A stretch of DNA of 64,000 nucleotides from an uncultured Spirochaetota bacterium. Its GTDB lineage: Bacteria; Spirochaetota; Spirochaetia; SZUA-6; Fen-1364. The DNA lies in NCBI GenBank assembly GCA_963734545.1, contig CAVTHO010000010.1, forward strand, positions 64,001 to 128,000, given 5' to 3'. This document shows positions 1 to 10,496 of the stretch, piece after piece. Every line of letters begins with the position of its first letter. The stretch's first letter is position 1. The position numbers and the translations under genes are program-made. Below the pieces are notes generated by a model, which made no database searches, was not told the DNA's origin, and saw only the letters and a list, made by a program, of their open reading frames with translations.

Positions 1-2
1 AC

Positions 3-530
3 AAGACACGCTCGACGCACCGACAGTTCAGGCCGGGCATGTTGAGCTGGAATTACTGGGTCGCGGACGGCTTCATCCTCCCCGCGAGCCCCGACGGCCG
101 GCCCAAGGGCCGGTTCCTCTCCAACGCCCTGTGTCCTTCCAATGGCGCGGACATCAATGGTCCCACGGCAAACGTCAATTCGGTCGGTACAGTGCTCGCC
201 GGAGAGATCACCAGAAACGGAGAGCGGGAATGGCAGGATAATCTGCTGCCCAACGGGGGGAGCCATACGATCACTTTCAATCCTTCCCTCATCCGGGATG
301 CCGAGCACCGCGCGAAGTTCAAGGCATTCCTGCGCGGATATGACCGAAACGGCGGCACGGCCCTGCAGGTCAACATGATCGACGCGGCCATGCTGCGCGA
401 CGCGCAGGCGCATCCCGAAGACTACCGGCATCTCCTGGTGCGGGTGACCGGATACAACGCGTATTTCACGACAGTCGGCAGGGAGCTGCAGAACGAGATC
501 ATCGCGCGCGAGTCACACGGTCTGGGATAG
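3..530 (+). CDS. Glycyl radical enzyme (PFL-like/GRE superfamily), C-terminal part, truncated by window edge
   Basis: Glycyl-radical loop LLVRVTGYNAYF (canonical RVxGYSAYF), plus ASPDGR and LQVN...LRDAQAHPEDY...LQNEIIAR motifs; frame is open back to the window start; followed directly by an activase. Confidence 0.95.
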   Translation, partial: KTRSTHRQFRPGMLSWNYWVADGFILPASPDGRPKGRFLSNALCPSNGADINGPTANVNSVGTVLAGEITRNGEREWQDNLLPNGGSHTITFNPSLIRDAEHRAKFKAFLRGYDRNGGTALQVNMIDAAMLRDAQAHPEDYRHLLVRVTGYNAYFTTVGRELQNEIIARESHGLG

Positions 531-536
531 CCCGCG

Positions 537-1511
537 ATGACGGACGCCGAAGGACGCACCGGTCTCATCCTCCACGTGCAGCGGTTGTCCACCGAGGACG
601 GCCCCGGTATACGGTCCACCGTGTTCTTCAAGCAGTGCCCCCTTGCCTGCCGCTGGTGCCACAATCCCGAGAGCATCTCCCCGCGGCCCGAGCTGCAGTG
701 GTTTTCGACCCGCTGCATCGGTTGCCGATCGTGCGAAGAGGCCTGCCCGTTCGCGTGCATCAGGCTGACCGGCGAGCTGCGGATCGATCGAACGCGCTGC
801 GACGGGTGCGGCGCCTGTGCCGCCGCCTGTCCTTCCAATGCCCTGGAGATCCTGGGAAGAACGGTCAGCGTCGATGCTCTCGCCCGGGAGCTGGTCAGAG
901 ACCGCGCATACTACGAGTCCTCCGATGGCGGGGTGACACTCTCGGGCGGCGAGCCTCTGGCGCAGCCGGCTTTTGCCGCCGCGCTGCTTCGCAGTCTCAA
1001 GGATCTCGGCATCGCCACCGCGGTGGACACCTGCGGATTCGCCTCAGTGGACGGCCTTGCGCGGATCCTGCCGGATATCGACCTGCTTCTCTACGACCTG
1101 AAGGCGATCGATCCCGGCGTCCACCGGATCCTTACCGGCCAGACCAATGAGATCATCCTGCGCAACCTCCTTCAAATCCAGGCGATGCGACAGGCGCGGA
1201 ACGGCGGGCCGCGTCTCTGGATCCGCACGCCATTGATTCCCGGAGCCACGGCAACGGAAGCCAACCTGCGTGCCATCGGCTCCTTTCTCGCTCAACGCAT
1301 GGACGGCATGCTGGAGCGGTGGGAGCTGTGCGCGTTCAACAACCTGTGCCGTGACAAGTACAGGAGGCTGGGTATCGCGTGGGCGTACGCAGAGACACCG
1401 CTGATGAGACGAGGCGAGCTCGATGCCCTGGCCGGGTCGGCGAGATCATCCGGCATCGACCCCGCGCTCGTGACGGTCACCGGAGCTGCTCGGAGTGAAG
1501 AAGTCGAATGA
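537..1511 (+). CDS. Glycyl-radical enzyme activating protein (radical SAM, with 2x[4Fe-4S] ferredoxin insert)
   Basis: EDGPGIRSTVFFK, CPLACRWCHNPES (CxxxCxxC), CIGCRSCEEACP and CDGCGACAAACP, GGVTLSGGEPL. Confidence 0.96.
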   Translation: MTDAEGRTGLILHVQRLSTEDGPGIRSTVFFKQCPLACRWCHNPESISPRPELQWFSTRCIGCRSCEEACPFACIRLTGELRIDRTRCDGCGACAAACPSNALEILGRTVSVDALARELVRDRAYYESSDGGVTLSGGEPLAQPAFAAALLRSLKDLGIATAVDTCGFASVDGLARILPDIDLLLYDLKAIDPGVHRILTGQTNEIILRNLLQIQAMRQARNGGPRLWIRTPLIPGATATEANLRAIGSFLAQRMDGMLERWELCAFNNLCRDKYRRLGIAWAYAETPLMRRGELDALAGSARSSGIDPALVTVTGAARSEEVE

Positions 1512-1527
1512 GGAGGAGGCAGGCACC

Positions 1528-2385
1528 ATGAGCGATACAATGCGGCTGACGACTTTCACCGGCTCAGATATCGAAGGTCTTGCGCCTGCCATGAAAATCG
1601 GCGTGCTTGCAACGGTGAGCGAGAATGGCCTGCCGCATATGACCCTCCTGAGCAGTCTGCGCGCATCCTCACCGACCCAGCTCACCTTCGGCCAGTTCAC
1701 CGAGGGACTCAGCAAGACGAATGTCCGGCGGAATCCGCGCACCGGATTCCTGGCAATGACGCTCCAGAAGGAGCTGTGGCGAGGCACGGCGAAATTCAGT
1801 CATGTCCAGAAGGGCGGCCCGGAGTATGATGCATACAACAACGAACCCCTGTTCCGCTACAATTCGTATTTCGGTATCCATACCGTCTACTATCTGGACC
1901 TGATCGCCCACACCGGCCGGGAGAGCCTTCCCCTGGGGGGCATAGCTGCCGCTTCGCTTGCCACGGCGGCTGCGCGCGCCGCCGCGGGGACGGCGAGAGA
2001 ATGCCATGCGCTCAATCATTGGACGCGCGGGGTCATGAGTGCCATGGGTAACTTGAAGTTCGCCGCCTCTGTTGCGCCGGACGGTTATCCCAGAATCATC
2101 CCCGTTCTGCAGGCCCAGGCTGCCTCGAGGGACAGGATCCTTTTTTCTCCCCTGGTCTATGGTGACGAGCTTGAGGCCATTCCTGCCGGCGCCTGCCTTG
2201 CCGTATTCGGCATGACATTGAAAATGGAAGACGTGCTGGTGCGGGGAACCTACACGGGGATTCGAAGGATCTGCGGCATCCGCTGCGGCCAATTGGAAGT
2301 CGATTGGGTGTACAATTCCATGCCCCCGGTACCCGGCCAGATCTATCCGCCCACCGAGTGCGCGGCGGTCCGCGCATTCGAATGA
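1528..2385 (+). CDS. Tandem pyridoxamine-5'-phosphate-oxidase-like (split-barrel flavin-binding) protein
   Basis: Two similar halves: IGVLATVSENGLPH...SKTNVRRNP and KFAASVAPDGYPRIIP; ATG at 1528 follows an AGGAGGAGG RBS; co-oriented with the activase. Confidence 0.75.
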   Translation: MSDTMRLTTFTGSDIEGLAPAMKIGVLATVSENGLPHMTLLSSLRASSPTQLTFGQFTEGLSKTNVRRNPRTGFLAMTLQKELWRGTAKFSHVQKGGPEYDAYNNEPLFRYNSYFGIHTVYYLDLIAHTGRESLPLGGIAAASLATAAARAAAGTARECHALNHWTRGVMSAMGNLKFAASVAPDGYPRIIPVLQAQAASRDRILFSPLVYGDELEAIPAGACLAVFGMTLKMEDVLVRGTYTGIRRICGIRCGQLEVDWVYNSMPPVPGQIYPPTECAAVRAFE

Positions 2386-2504
2386 GGATCGCGCGGCGGC
2401 CACTCGCCTCCATTTGATCCGGGTATTGCGCCAGTTCTACGGCAACTGAGCGCTGGCCGGTGCTCCGGCGTGGCCCGGCGGCGACGCACAGCGTATCTTG
2501 GTGC

Positions 2505-4725
2505 ATGACACACACACACGGCAATCATTCAGGGCATGGCGAAGGCCACAAGGAAAACAGGGCCACGAGCGGCGTTGCCGCACACGGCCGCCATGACCAC
2601 GCGCCGGCCGATCATGGAACCGGCCGCATGGCGCCGGGTCACACAGCGGACCACGGGATGAGCGCGCATGCCGGACACGGCGGGGCGCACGTCGATCACA
2701 CCGGGCACGAACAGATGTTCCGCACGCGCTTCTTCGTGTCACTGCTGCTGTCGGTCCCTGTGCTGCTCTTCAGCCAGATGCTCCAGCGCCTGCTGGGTTT
2801 CTCAATGCCTGCTTTCCCCGGCAGCGGCTGGATAGAGCCGTTCTTCTCGGTTCTCATATTCCTGTACGGGGGGCTGCCCTTCCTGCAGATGGCCCTGCCG
2901 GAGCTGCAGAACCGCAGTCCCGGGATGATGACACTCATCTCGCTCGCGATTTCCGTGGCCTTCATCTACAGCCTGGTGGCGCTGTTTCTGCCCGGTCAAA
3001 TGGGCTTTTTCTGGGAATTGGCAACCCTGATCGACATCATGCTGCTGGGTCACTGGATCGAGCAGCGCTCTGTCCGCCAGGCCTCGGGGGCTCTCAATGA
3101 GCTGGCAAAGCTCATGCCTGATACGGCCGAGCGCCTGAATACCAATGGGGGGGGTGGAGACTGTGCCCCTGGACATGCTGAGGGCCCCGGACCTGGTACT
3201 GGTACGACCGGGCGCGAGCGTCCCGGCCGACGGCGAGGTGGTCGAAGGCAGCTCGGAGGTCAGCGAGGCCATGATTACCGGGGAGTCGAAGCCGGTAAGC
3301 AAGGCTGCGGGAGACCATGTCATCGCCGGCACGATCAACGGCGACGGAAGCCTGCGGGTGCGCGTGACCGCCACCGGTGGAGACACTGCCCTGGCCGGCA
3401 TCATGCGCCTGGTGGAGCAGGCCCAGCAGAGCAAGAGCCGCACCCAGGTGCTGGCTGACAAGGCGGCCGGCTGGCTGTTCTATGTGGCCCTGGCGGTCGC
3501 GGCGCTTACCGCCGTGGCCTGGACGCTCGCCATCGGTTTCAACGTGGAGGTGATTGCGAGGGTGGCGACGGTCCTGGTCATCGCCTGCCCGCACGCCCTG
3601 GGTCTGGACATTCCGCTGGTAGTGGCGATCACGACCGCCCTTGGCGCCCGCAACGGCATCATGGTTCGGGACCGTCTGGCCATGGAAACGGCTCGTGACA
3701 TCGACACCGTCGTCTTCGACAAGACGGGAACCCTGACACAGGGCGAGTTCGCGGTTGTGGATGCCGCCCTGGCGGACAACTGGGACCAGGACCGGGCCCT
3801 TGCGCTCACTGCCGCACTGGAAGGAGATTCGGAGCATACCATCGCGAAGGGTGTCCGACGCAGCGCCGAGGAGCGCGGCCTTGCGCTCCCCGAGGTGCGC
3901 GAGTTCGAAGCGCTGAAAGGCAGAGGGGTCCGGGCGCGCTGGGAAGGAAAAACAGTGCACGTAGGCGGACCTCGGCTGCTGGAGAGCCTGGGCCTGGCGC
4001 TGCCCGAGCCCCTGGCGCGATTTGAGCGAGAGGCCAGCAGCAAGGGGAGGAGCGTCGTTCACCTGGTGGTGGACAGCCGTCCCGTTGCCAGCCTCGCGCT
4101 GAGTGACGTCATTCGACCGGAGAGCCGCGAGGCCGTGGAGCGTCTGCATCGGATGGGCGTGCAGGTCGCCATGCTCACCGGCGACAGCCAGGCGGTGGCA
4201 AGGACAGTGGCCGAGGACCTGGGCATTGACACCTGGTTTGCCGAGGTGCTGCCGGAGCACAAGGACCAGAAGGTGGCCGAGCTGCAGCGCCAGGGACGGC
4301 GGGTGGCGATGGTGGGAGACGGCGTGAACGACGCGCCCGCGCTCACCCGGGCCGATGTGGGGATTGCCATCGGCAGCGGCACCGATGTGGCGGTCGAGTC
4401 TGCCGGGATCATCCTGGTGAAGAGCAACCCGCTGGACGTGGTCAAAATCATCGCCCTCAGCAGGGCCAGCTACCGCAAGATGATCCAGAACCTGCTGTGG
4501 GCCGCCGGCTACAATGTGGTGGCCCTGCCGCTCGCGGCAGGCGTCCTTGCCCCGTGGGGGATCCTGCTCTCGCCGGCGATCGGCGCCGTGCTCATGTCGG
4601 TCAGCACCATCGTCGTGGCGCTCAACGCCCAGCTGCTGCGAAGGCAGCGTCTTGCCGCGCGCTCAGTCAGAGGCCGCGCGACGAACCCTCTCGCTTTTCC
4701 TGGCAGTCGCGACTTTCGCCCTTGA
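2505..4725 (+). CDS. copB: P1B-3 type heavy-metal (copper) exporting P-type ATPase with His-rich N-terminus; +1 frameshift in G8 run 3147-3154
   Basis: His-rich N-tail, TGES, ACPHALG (CPH), [24 protein letters not shown] and MSxS motifs; ORFs 2460..3458 and 3145..4725 join into ~739 aa if one G is removed. Confidence 0.88.
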
Positions 4726-5149
4726 ACGACGAGATCGCGAGGATACCGTTACCGCTTCCATGGGCAGCGCGGGCTGCGTCCCGGCCAAGGGCTTCCTCCT
4801 GGAGCGGACCAGCACCGCGAGCGCGACGCAGTTGACGAGGGAAGCAGCCGCTGCCAGCGCCGACTGCTTCGGTCCCGTCCGCCCGTAGAGCTCGACGAGT
4901 CGCTACTTGCCCCTGTCGTTCGGCTGCAGGTTGGCAATGGTAAAGCTGCGCCCGCCCTGAGTGTTTCGCCTGTTCCGTGACGAAAAAACGCATGGCCGAG
5001 TGGACCGTCCGGTGCGGGTCGTGCCAATCGCGGCGCCCTCCGGGCGATACCTTCGCATCCGCAGATAGTCCTTCCGCAAATAGGTGTTTTCCCCGATACT
5101 CCGCGCTCCCCCGGCCGTATATCCTGTCCGGGAAAAAGGAGAGACAGTC

Positions 5150-6775
5150 ATGACGTCTTCCCGTCGGCTCTGCGTGATACCGGTTGCTCTGGGGCTGCTC
5201 CTTGCGGCACCCGGCTGCGTCATTGCCCAGGACACGGGCACTGCCATCCTCAGCGCGGGATTCGAAACCGGCACGACGGAGGGCTGGACGCCGCGCGGCA
5301 CCGAGACTGTCAGCGTTGCCAGCGACGTCAAGAGAACGGGAGCGTACAGCCTCCGTGTCTCAAACCGCACTTTGACGTGGAATGGCGCCCTGCACGAGCT
5401 TCCCGAGCCGCCGGCACGCGGAGTGACATACCGCATCAGCGCATGGGTCACTTACACGCAGGGTCTGGCTGCGAGACCCATCATGCTGTCCGTGGAGAAG
5501 TCCTATGCCGATCCGGAGACCCCCCACAGTTACGAGAACGTGAAGTCGGTCGTCGTGACCAAAGGTGAGTGGACTCTCCTCCAGGCGGACTATGCCGTCC
5601 CGGGCGATGGAGGCCTCAAGAGGATCGATGTATACTTCGAGACGCCGTACAAGCAGGATAGCCGGGTCACCCCGGATGACATCCACGATATCTATGTTGA
5701 CGACATCAGCATTGTCAGGCTTTCCGCCGCGGACACTGCAGCTATCCAGCAGGACATCCCCGATCTTCATTCCCTGCTTGACCGGTACTTCCCCATCGGA
5801 GCAGCCGTGCCCCCGAAGTTCGTGGATCCCGACAACATTCACTCCCGCCTGCTCCTGAAACACTTCACGGCTCTCGTGGCAGGCAATGCGATGAAGCCGG
5901 ACGCGCTGCAGCCGGCGGAAGGGGCCTTCCGCTGGACCGATGCGGACAGGATAGTCCGGTTCGGCAACTCAACGGGCATGAAGGTCCGCGGCCACACCCT
6001 TGTCTGGCACAACCAGGTCCCCGCATGGTTCTTCACCGATCCGACTGACCCGCAGAAGCCGGCATCGAGAGATCTCCTCCTGTCCCGGATGAAGACGCAT
6101 ATCCGGACGGTCATGGAGCATTTCAAGGGAGACATCGATTCGTGGGACGTCGTCAACGAGGTCCTGTCGGACCGCAGGGGACTCCGGGGCGAGGATGAGG
6201 GGTCCCGATGGCTCGCCATCATCGGGCCGGACTACATCGACAGGGCGTTCCAGCTTGCCCGGGAGGCGGATCCAAAGGCAAAGCTCGTGATCAATGACTA
6301 CAACCTGGAATCCGATCCGCGGAAGCGGAACGAGATGGCACGCCTCGTGAAGGGTCTGCGGGCGAGGAAGGTTCCGGTGGATGCGGTGGGCATGCAGATG
6401 CACATCTCGGTCACCTCCCCTTCCATTGCGGAGATCCGGAACGCAATCGAGCTGTTCGGCTCCCTCGGGGTCAAGGTGCAGGTCACCGAGATGGACGTGT
6501 CCATCTACACCGGGCCTGCGGAGGCGATGAAGAGCCCCGACAGGCAAATGCTTCTTGCGCAGGGCAGGAGATACAAGGAGCTGTTCGACCTGTTCAAGGA
6601 GGAGGCAGAGAAAGGCATCCTCGACATGGTCGTGATGTGGGGCGCCGCTGATGATGACACGTGGCTGGACGACTTCCCCGTACCGGGCAGGGCTGACGCG
6701 CCCCTTTTGTTCGACAGGCACCTGCAGGCCAAGCCGGCCTACTGGGCAATCGTCGACCCCGCGAGGATGCGATAG
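5150..6775 (+). CDS. Secreted endo-1,4-beta-xylanase, GH10 with N-terminal CBM4/9/22-type module
   Basis: Signal peptide; GFETGTTEGWTPRG CBM start; NAMKP, RGHTLVWHNQ, WDVVNE (acid/base), INDYN, QMH and VTEMD (nucleophile); AAGGAG RBS before ATG 5150. Confidence 0.95.
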   Translation: MTSSRRLCVIPVALGLLLAAPGCVIAQDTGTAILSAGFETGTTEGWTPRGTETVSVASDVKRTGAYSLRVSNRTLTWNGALHELPEPPARGVTYRISAWVTYTQGLAARPIMLSVEKSYADPETPHSYENVKSVVVTKGEWTLLQADYAVPGDGGLKRIDVYFETPYKQDSRVTPDDIHDIYVDDISIVRLSAADTAAIQQDIPDLHSLLDRYFPIGAAVPPKFVDPDNIHSRLLLKHFTALVAGNAMKPDALQPAEGAFRWTDADRIVRFGNSTGMKVRGHTLVWHNQVPAWFFTDPTDPQKPASRDLLLSRMKTHIRTVMEHFKGDIDSWDVVNEVLSDRRGLRGEDEGSRWLAIIGPDYIDRAFQLAREADPKAKLVINDYNLESDPRKRNEMARLVKGLRARKVPVDAVGMQMHISVTSPSIAEIRNAIELFGSLGVKVQVTEMDVSIYTGPAEAMKSPDRQMLLAQGRRYKELFDLFKEEAEKGILDMVVMWGAADDDTWLDDFPVPGRADAPLLFDRHLQAKPAYWAIVDPARMR

Positions 6776-6818
6776 CTGAAGCGCCACCTCGTTGTCGATG
6801 CCTCGTGGCCGCGGCTGC

Positions 6819-9075
6819 CTACCGACCGGGCAGTGTGCCGTTCACGCTATCGAGCAGCCAGTCGATGCCCGCCCCAAACTCCCATGTGCCCTTTGCCACG
6901 CCCGCGGGCAGCCTGAGCCGGCCCTGCTGATCCTTGATCGGCCCGGTGAAGGGTGTGTAGCCGCCTTGACGGAGTTGTTCGAAACGCCGCATGACAAAGT
7001 CGTAGGTGTTCATTTCACCGAGATCGGGTGCCCGCACGCGCTTCATGCGGAGCGCAGCGGTCACCTCTGGATTGACTGGGTCTCGTCCCGCTTTCAGCCG
7101 CACCGCCCCGTCGCGGATGCCCATCCACATATCGCGCGGGACCTCCCTGCCTTCGCGCGACATGTCTGCCAGGACACGCTCAAAGAGGACGCCGAGATTC
7201 TGCATCTGGCTCGAGATTAGAGATATCAGGATAGGCCTCGTATGGCGTCGAGCTGCCGAAGGCGTAGATGCGTCTCCCCCGTGAAGCTGTGGCCTTGAGA
7301 TACTCGAGGATAGCGTCCGAGTCCGCAGCGTCGTTGAAGACATCACAGCCTTCGGCGATCAGGGCTTTTGCGGCTTCCAGGGGGTTGCCCTCGGCGAAGC
7401 GAAGGAAAACCCGGGCTTTCGGATTCGTGGCCCGGACCCCGAGGGCAAAAAGGTTGACCTTGACGATCTGCCAGCTCTCCGCAACCCAGCCGATGAAGCC
7501 GATTCTGCCGCTTTGCGTAATCCCCCCGGCGATCGCCCCCATGAGGTACTGCGCCTCGCTGTCGTCGACGCCACAGGTTCGCAAATTGGAGGGCCGCGCG
7601 TCCCCGCCCGCCTGCGGCGCCTCGAACAGAACGTTCGGGTACCGGCGTGCCGCGTCGAGCACCTGTTGGTCGTAGCCGGGATATGCATTGGTAAAGATCG
7701 CCGTGCAGCCTTCCTGACGGACCAGGCGGTCGACTGCCTTCCCGAAACGCGACAACTCGACGCCTCGGACCGGTACAGACTCGAGCCAGTCACCGAGCTT
7801 CTCCTGGACGGAGCGCCTTGCCGCCTCGAAGGAAGAAAACGCGCCTCCTTGCTGGCCGAAGCCATAGTCGATGAAGCCGACTTTCATCTTCCCGGCAGGA
7901 GCAACTGGAACGTCGATTTTTGCAGCGACGCGCGGGAAGTTGACGTCGTCCCGCGTGGCCACCAATGGGTCGCTCATCAACTCCTCGGCATAAGGCAGGT
8001 CGACCATTGCCATGAAACCGTCCGGGTCCCACGAGGACCAGCTGTACCAGAACAGAGCGGCAGGATAGCGCTCCTTGATCGCGCGGATAATTCTCCTCTG
8101 GTCCCAATGCCGCGAATCAGGTGTGGGGGGCACATTACTGCCCGTTTCGCCGAAACCGAACGGCTTTCCGAAGGCGAGCATTTCCTCGTATACCCGGATT
8201 GGCATCGTTTGAGGATCATCGAAATAAAGGCTCAGGCCAACGATGTCGACGCAGTCGGCTCCCGGGTAGTAGTCCCACGGGCTGTTCTCCCAGGGCCAGG
8301 CGGGGTACGTGCTGTCGAGCCTGGGCGGGGCGCTGGGCGAAAATACAAATAGCAGGTTGTGGACGTGTTTCTGCGCGGTCAGGTAGGAATACCAGCAGCG
8401 CCAGAGGTTCTTGAACTGCGCGGGGTCCTTGTGGTGCCACCAGAACCAATTCCCGTTCACCTCGTGGAACGGGCGGAACAGGACGGCGACCCCTGCGCTC
8501 TGCAGGTCGAGGAATATCCCGGCAAGACGATCGAATGCCTCCTTGAGGTTTGCGTAGGCGGGTGTTCCCGGAGTGTAAGCGTCGGAGTAGCTGCCGGAGC
8601 CGTACGAAGTATCCCACGCATCGCCGCCCGTCCATGGATTGCCGAGATGAGCGTAGACAGTGACGAGCCCGCCGGCCCTCCAATAGTCCGCGAGTATCCG
8701 GGTTTTGCGGTCGACGTCAAGGAAAGAGGTGCTGCCATGATGGATCAGGTAGTCGGCGCCGATTATCGCCGGCCATTTCCCGGTCCGCTCGTGCAAACCG
8801 AGCACGTAATCGTAGTAGCCCTGGGGCCCGTCGGCGTGACCGATGTCCTGGCCGCTCAGAACTCTCCGGCCGCTTTGTGACGGGAGCGAATACATCCATT
8901 TGAGAAGCTCGCGCGCGTTGTCGATCGCCAGGGGGTCGGCGGGAGCCGTGCTCCTGGCGCCCGATGCCAGCGCTGCCTGGGCGAATGCCGGGAACCCCGC
9001 GCAACCGAAGACAATCGTCGCGATGACGACCAGGAATGCTGATATCGCGCTGAAGGAACCGCTGCGTCTCGCCAA
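6819..9075 (-). CDS. Exported GH26 beta-mannanase-like hydrolase fused to a BMP/PnrA-family substrate-binding domain; +1 frameshift near 7221
   Basis: TTG start after GGAGG; signal peptide with possible lipobox VFGC; GH26 motifs LFRPFHEVNGNWFWW and KPFGFGETG; BMP motifs KVGFI, AARRYPNVLF, YLMGAIAGGITQSGRIGFIG, NLFALGVRATNP; the BMP C-terminus PFTGPIKDQQG...DWLLDSVNG is in the next frame (6819..7346); ~751 aa when joined. Confidence 0.85.
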
Positions 9076-9091
9076 TCTCTTCCTCCAGATC

Positions 9092-10496
9092 TTATTCGCG
9101 TGTCCGTTGCCGCAGCCTTTTGTTGAACGCCTGGTGCGAGATGCCCAGCATCCTTGCTGCGATGCTCTGGTTGCCGTCCGCGCGTTTCAGCGCCTCGTCG
9201 ATCAGCAGCTCTGCCGCCTCGTCAAGGGTGGGCAGCCTTTCCGAGAAGCCAAGGAGGGCCGGGGCCGATTCGCCCGGCTCCCGGGGGGTCTCCCGCGGGA
9301 TGCCCGCCTTGCCATCCATGAGGACAAGGTTGGGAGAGGATTGCCGTGACACGGCATCGTAGCACCATCGAGCGGAGCTCGCGGACGTTGCCGGGAAAAT
9401 CGTAGGCCTCGAGACGCTTCATCTCCTGCGGCGTCACGGATGGCTTCTTCTTTTCGAGCTTCGCGCACGCCTCATCGAGAAAATGGTCCAGCAGAAGCGG
9501 CAGGTCGTCCTTCCTGTCCCGCAGCGGGGGCACCCGAAGCTCGTGCGTGGAAAGACGATAGTACAGGTCCTTTCGAAACTTCCCTTCCGAGATGAGGGCG
9601 GCGAGGTCGTGGTTGGTGGCGACAAGGATCCGGGCCGCGGAGCGTCTCGGGAGATCCGAGCCAAGGGGATAGTATTCGCCGGTATCCAGCAGGCGCAGGA
9701 GCTTCACCTGCGACTGGATGGACAGGTCCCCGATCTCGTCGAGAAAAAGCGTTCCGCCTCCGGCCTGCTGCACGTGCCCGGCCCGGTCTTCCTTGGCGTC
9801 GGTGAACGCGCCCTTGCGGTGCCCGAACAGCGTGTCCGAGAACATGTCATCATTCACACCCGCAACATTTTCCTCGAGGAGGGTTCCCTCCCGGCCGCTC
9901 GCCGCATGAACTGCAGCGGCGAGCAGGCCTTTGCCGGTGCCCGTCTCGCCCGTGATCAGTATCGGCTCGGCGGTTTTCGCAACGGATTCGACGATCCGGA
10001 AAAGCGACATCATCACGCTGTTCCGCGTGACCAGGCCAGAGAAGATCTCCGGATGGGCCAGGTGCGGGGAAAGCATTCCCTCCTTCAGGCGCCGGTAGTC
10101 ACGAGAGAGCTTCCTGATCTCGATGGCCCTGCGGACCCCGCTCACCAGGCGGCTTTCCTCCACCGCTTTCACCATGTAGTCGACCGCGCCGGCTTTCATG
10201 CACTCCACGGCAGCGCTCACGTCGTTCGAGCCCGTGACCACGATGACCGGGACCTGCGGCATCTCCTCGTGGATCGCCGCCAGGAGCTTTTCCCCGGGCA
10301 GGTGGGGCATGGTGAGGTCCAGGAGAACGAGCTCGATCTCCCTGCCGCGAAGGATGCTCATGGCCTCACGGCTGTCGGTGCACGCGACGAGGTTGTCGAT
10401 CCCGTTGGACCTGAGCCCGAGGCTCAGGCTGTCGATGACCGGCTGCTCGTCGTCGATGAGCAGGATCGGGTTCTCAGGGTTTCCACGTGCGCTCAT
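9092..10496 (-). CDS. NtrC-family sigma54-dependent response regulator (REC-AAA+-Fis HTH); +1 frameshift near 9362
   Basis: REC domain (IDDE, LLDLTMP, K), [37 protein letters not shown]; the [22 protein letters not shown] is in the next frame (9092..9352); removing one base gives ELRSMVYDAVSRQ. Confidence 0.92.

Noticed and set aside
9795-9815. GAFTDA instead of GAFTGA as evidence of a sigma54-independent regulator
   Set aside because: GAFTDA is a common functional variant, and a sigma54 promoter is adjacent.
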